A stretch of DNA of 64,000 nucleotides from Ascidiimonas meishanensis (GTDB lineage: Bacteria > Bacteroidota > Bacteroidia > Flavobacteriales > Flavobacteriaceae): NCBI RefSeq assembly GCF_037782385.1, contig NZ_JBBEXD010000003.1, forward strand, positions 230,520 through 294,519, read 5' to 3'. The position numbers and the translations under genes were made by a program. The stretch's first letter is position 1, and the number at the start of each line of letters is the position of its first letter. Shown here piece after piece: positions 60,514 through 64,000 of this stretch. A model generated the notes under the pieces. The model was not told the origin of the DNA, did not search any database, and was given only the letters and a program-made list of their open reading frames with translations.

Positions 60514-62957
60514 TAGTATTGTTTAGTTTGTATTTGCTCAAATATAAAGTGAATAGCAGATTTTAATTCTTGATAGTGAAATTCAATCTCTTTGGCATCA
60601 AAAACCTTTATAAATTCAAAATATGCTAAATGAGGTAATACTTCTGATGCCTCGATTTGACGAAACATGGTTAACATTTTATGACTTATTTTTTGTAGGC
60701 CAATTAGATTTTTATCTTCAATATAAAGTGAGATCTCTTCTAAATTTTTTTGTGTACTTTGAATAAACGTTTCCAAGAGTTCGTCTAGTACATTTTGATC
60801 ATTGTCTAAAAAAGATTTTAAAGAGTTTAGATTAAATGCTTGGTTAAGATCTGTACAATCTTTGGAAGTATAAAGTTTTACTCCTTTATGAATTCTTAAA
60901 CAAGAATGAATCTCGGTCATTAGGTGTTCTGGCAAAAAGGGTTTTATAATAAAAGCTGCAAAACCAGCTTCTTGATAGTCTTTCTTTTTTAAATTTTTTC
61001 TTCCACTAACCGCAATTATAGGTTGTTGCTGATAGTTAAATATAGGATTTGACTGTAGCTTTTCGGTAAAGTGAAATCCATTCATGGAGGGAAGTTGAAT
61101 ATCTGTTATAATGAAATCATATTTGAGATTTGGAATTTTATTAAGAGCAGCCTTGGCAGAATCAAACGTAAATGCTTGTATACCATTTTGGTTAAGAATT
61201 TCTTTAGTTAATTCTATTAATATTTCATCATCATCAATAACAATTGCTGTTAATTCTTTTTGATTTGGGGAAAATTCTTTGTGGGTATTCAACTGTTGTT
61301 TTTCACAAAAGGTCACCGGAAAAATAAATGAAAACAAACTGCCTTTACCCTCTTTACTTTCAAGAGAAAGGCGTCCGTTTAGCAAATGAGCTAGCTTTTT
61401 TGAAATAGTAAGTCCTAGCCCAAATCCGCCATGCTTTTTTTCTATGGAAGTATCTGCCTGTGTAAATTCTTCAAAAATAAGTTGTTGTTTTTCTTTGGGA
61501 ATACCAACACCCGTATCTTTTATTTCAATATGAACAAACGATTTTCCAGCTTGATTTGTTTTAAGTTTAATATTTACTTTTATAAAACCTTCTTCTGTAA
61601 ATTTAAAAGCGTTTCCAATTAAGTTAGAAACTATTTGTCTAATACGAAAAGGGTCTCCAATAAGCAATGTTGGAAGCGTATTATGAACAGATATTTGCAG
61701 TATTATTGGCTTTTCTTTATAAATAGATTTTATATTTTCGGCAGTTTCATTAACAAGTTTTTCAAGATTAAAAGGAATGGATTCAATATGTATTTTTCCG
61801 GCTTCTAATTTGTTATAATCTAAGAGATCGTCAACCAATTGAGTAACAAAAGTAGCAGCACTTTTAATTCGTTCTATATAATAAGAGCCCTTAGAGTTTT
61901 GAGGAATCTTTTGCATAAGCTCTGTATAGCCCACAATAGTGCTAAGAGGAGATCTAAGGTCATGGCTAACCATGGAGATTAATTGTTCTCTACTATTTAA
62001 TAGAGACTTTGTATACGTATTGGCTTTTTCAATTTGTTCTCTGTAACGCTGGTTCTTCCAAAAATCATTTAAAATTACCAGTGAAAAAATAATCACAAAT
62101 ACAAGACCAATTATAGCAGCAATGGTAACAATATTAATACTTCTTTTTAAAACCATTTTACGTTGCAAAGTCTTCTGGGATGAATTGTTAAGAAATTCAG
62201 TTTCAATATTAGAAAGAATCGTGCGTAATTGCTGAGTAGCAATTAAGTCGTTTTTAAGTAATTGTCTTTCTTTCACTCGCAAAGAGAAGCGCTGTCTGGA
62301 TGCTTCCTCTTCAATCTTTTGAAGAATAGTACGTGAGGCAACTACAATAGAGTCCAATGTAGTTTGGTTTACGGTATTAGTTGAATCTCTGGGAATATAG
62401 CCATTTAGAATCGTAATAGTTTCTTCTAAGTTTTTACGATTCTTGTAATTTAGATTTGCGGGGTTTTCAATAAAATCATTTACCGTAAGACGCCCTAAGG
62501 TAGATTCCATATTTGCCAATCTATTAATCGCTTTTTTTATTAATTCCTGTGAAGTATCATTTATTCTAACTTCCCTTAAATCTGAAATGTTTTTTATCTT
62601 TTGATCTAGTAATATTTGTACACTATCTAATAAAGAGGTTTGAGAAGAACTTTCAACTAAAGATTTAATAGCTTCAATTTCAAGGGAGATGGAGTCATTC
62701 TTTTTTAAATAGTTAGCATAAGGTTTTGGATCTGTAGATTGTATAGCGACTCTAGCAAAACTTTCGCTTTCATACATTAATGTAAGTAACTTGCCAATTC
62801 TGAGTATTTTGTTCTTCTCTTTAGTATCGTCTATTTGGGCTTTTGTGAACGAATTAAGTTCGCCATAAATAATCCAGCCCACCACTACAACTAGCAGCGC
62901 TAGTGCTAAATAGCTAAAGAATACTTTTAGAGTTATTTTTCTTTTTGCTTCGTTCAT
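60510..62957 (-). CDS. Hybrid sensor histidine kinase (periplasmic sensor, HisKA, HATPase, receiver, HPt)
   Basis: Two TM helices flank a ~240-aa periplasmic region. H-box SHDLRSPLSTIVGYTELM, G-boxes, a receiver Asp (IITDIQLP) and a C-terminal HPt-like helix (ISHKMLTMFRQIE). Confidence 0.9.
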   Translation of the reverse strand: MNEAKRKITLKVFFSYLALALLVVVVGWIIYGELNSFTKAQIDDTKEKNKILRIGKLLTLMYESESFARVAIQSTDPKPYANYLKKNDSISLEIEAIKSLVESSSQTSLLDSVQILLDQKIKNISDLREVRINDTSQELIKKAINRLANMESTLGRLTVNDFIENPANLNYKNRKNLEETITILNGYIPRDSTNTVNQTTLDSIVVASRTILQKIEEEASRQRFSLRVKERQLLKNDLIATQQLRTILSNIETEFLNNSSQKTLQRKMVLKRSINIVTIAAIIGLVFVIIFSLVILNDFWKNQRYREQIEKANTYTKSLLNSREQLISMVSHDLRSPLSTIVGYTELMQKIPQNSKGSYYIERIKSAATFVTQLVDDLLDYNKLEAGKIHIESIPFNLEKLVNETAENIKSIYKEKPIILQISVHNTLPTLLIGDPFRIRQIVSNLIGNAFKFTEEGFIKVNIKLKTNQAGKSFVHIEIKDTGVGIPKEKQQLIFEEFTQADTSIEKKHGGFGLGLTISKKLAHLLNGRLSLESKEGKGSLFSFIFPVTFCEKQQLNTHKEFSPNQKELTAIVIDDDEILIELTKEILNQNGIQAFTFDSAKAALNKIPNLKYDFIITDIQLPSMNGFHFTEKLQSNPIFNYQQQPIIAVSGRKNLKKKDYQEAGFAAFIIKPFLPEHLMTEIHSCLRIHKGVKLYTSKDCTDLNQAFNLNSLKSFLDNDQNVLDELLETFIQSTQKNLEEISLYIEDKNLIGLQKISHKMLTMFRQIEASEVLPHLAYFEFIKVFDAKEIEFHYQELKSAIHFIFEQIQTKQYY

Positions 62958-63029
62958 GCGTCTATTTTACTAACCTAAAAAGTTTATTTAAAAACTGTTT
63001 TTAAAATGAATCTGTATTCGTAGTTTTGC

Positions 63030-63135
63030 GCCATCTCAAAGGGGTGCTGAAGCCTAAAAAATAGGTGAAAGCTGAGATCATACCCAAAGAACCTGGGCAG
63101 GTAATGCTGCCAAGGGAAGGGCCCGAAATTCGGCT
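63030..63135 (+). ncRNA. TPP riboswitch (THI element)
   Basis: GGGGTGC...GCTGAGA...ACCC...GAACCTG...GGTAATGCTGCCAAGGGAA matches the thiM-type consensus (GGGGUGC/CUGAGA/ACCC/ACCUG/UAAUGCC/AGGGAA). Followed by a 10-bp hairpin at 63169-63200. Confidence 0.8.
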
Positions 63136-63264
63136 TAAGACGAATTTTATCGGAGCGTTATAGTAAATACGATTAAAACGACTTGGCCGACGTTTTAATC
63201 GTAAAAAAACAAATATTAATCTTAGAATAATAACCCCTTTTATTCGTAAACTAACTTTTTACGA

Positions 63265-64000
63265 ATGAAACGTTTATTTATTTTTTTAGTCTCTTTTTTA
63301 GCGATACAAGCTTTAGAGGCTCAGCAATTCAAACTTTACGGAGTTTTTAATGACACCTATGGATCGCCCTTACCCGGCGTGACCGTGCTACAACAAGGCA
63401 CCACTAATGGAACCCAAACAGATATTGATGGGTATTACGAATTGGTATTACCAGAGGGAAATCACAGTATTGTATTTAGCTTTCTGTCTCCAAGACCACT
63501 GGTAAAACAGGTAAACATTTCAAAAGATACGCGTCTTGATATTCAATTAGGTGAAAAAGATGTATTATTAGATGAGGTATTAGTATCTGCGGTTAGAGCC
63601 AATGCACAATCACCTGTTACATTTTCAAATCTTGACAAAGAAGAATTTGCACCTAGAAATTTAGGTCAGGATATTCCTTTTATGGTTAATTTTTTGCCCT
63701 CAGTAGTAACTACCAGTGATGCAGGAGCGGGTATAGGTTATACTGGAATTAGGGTGAGAGGAAGTGATGCTACAAGAGTAAATGTCACCATAAATGGGAT
63801 TCCTTACAATGATGCAGAATCTCAAGGTACTTTTTGGGTAAATCTACCAGATTTTGCTTCATCAGTAGAAAATTTGCAGTTGCAAAGAGGTGTGGGAACT
63901 TCTACAAATGGCGCTGGTGCTTTTGGAGCAAGTCTTAATCTGTTAACCGATGCTGTAACCGAAGGATCTTCTGGGGAGATATCAAACTCTTTTGGAAGTT
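63265..64000 (+). CDS. TonB-dependent receptor (N-terminal CarbopepD_reg domain + plug), truncated at the window end; likely thiamin-related
   Basis: Signal peptide, then YGVFNDTYGSPLPGVTVLQQGTTNGTQTDIDGYY and plug blocks (LDEVLVSAVRA, GIRVRGSDATRVNVTINGIPYND). Sits directly downstream of the TPP riboswitch. Confidence 0.8.
   Translation, partial: MKRLFIFLVSFLAIQALEAQQFKLYGVFNDTYGSPLPGVTVLQQGTTNGTQTDIDGYYELVLPEGNHSIVFSFLSPRPLVKQVNISKDTRLDIQLGEKDVLLDEVLVSAVRANAQSPVTFSNLDKEEFAPRNLGQDIPFMVNFLPSVVTTSDAGAGIGYTGIRVRGSDATRVNVTINGIPYNDAESQGTFWVNLPDFASSVENLQLQRGVGTSTNGAGAFGASLNLLTDAVTEGSSGEISNSFGS

Noticed and set aside
63030-63135. Initial impression of a cobalamin riboswitch upstream of the TBDR (BtuB-like)
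   Set aside because: On closer reading the conserved blocks are GGGGUGC, CUGAGA, ACCC, ACCUG, UAAUGC and AGGGAA, which is the TPP/THI-box consensus, not the B12 box.
1-64000. CRISPR arrays, rRNA or tRNA genes, IS elements or transposases
   Set aside because: No regularly spaced direct repeats, no rRNA or tRNA-like conserved blocks, and no transposase-like ORFs were seen on either strand.

Overview
This is a 64 kb low-GC (roughly one-third GC) chromosomal segment that looks Flavobacteriia/Bacteroidota. The lineage call rests on adjacent gliding-motility genes gldE and gldD, on several TonB-dependent receptors and lipobox lipoproteins, on the absence of Shine-Dalgarno sequences, and on TAnnTTTG-type promoters. 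Gene density is high, with a housekeeping backbone that includes:

- the SulP permease and glyQS;
- comF, a nitrilase-family hydrolase, and biotin genes bioF-bioD-bioA with bioB about 8 kb away;
- an NfeD-flotillin operon, recX, an rne/rng ribonuclease and HU;
- mutY, ssb and the gldE-gldD pair;
- an M16 peptidase pair, rplU-rpmA and ahcY;
- a PPTase, a PcrB/GGGPS-family prenyltransferase and a DUF77-pnuC-nadR(RNK)-DUF4301 operon;
- a sigma-54 activator with a convergent hybrid histidine kinase.

Interspersed are less ordinary patches:

- Two tandem double-glycine-leader micro-peptides (LKGG motif), missed by the ORF track, lie downstream of an outer-membrane barrel plus a lamin-tail-domain lipoprotein. 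An EEP nuclease is divergent, and an ankyrin-repeat protein is adjacent.
- A cytoplasmic eukaryote-like LRR protein sits in AT-rich DNA, bracketed by degenerate direct repeats and an orphan terminator.
- A tandem lipoprotein serine-hydrolase pair exists in which the second copy carries S-x-x-E instead of S-x-x-K.
- bL21 is fused to a Lys/Ala/Pro-rich linker and a helix-hairpin-helix domain.
- A 29-aa bS22-like micro-protein sits between HU and Rne.
- Two paralogous small PepSY-like secreted proteins each follow a TGGMAY-N5-TTTCAT (sigma-54-like) motif, next to the NtrC-type activator.
- A clear TPP riboswitch (THI-box) precedes a TonB-dependent receptor that is cut off at the window end.

No rRNA, tRNA, CRISPR array or intact transposase was found. 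All calls are from reading the sequence and translations; no database searches were run.
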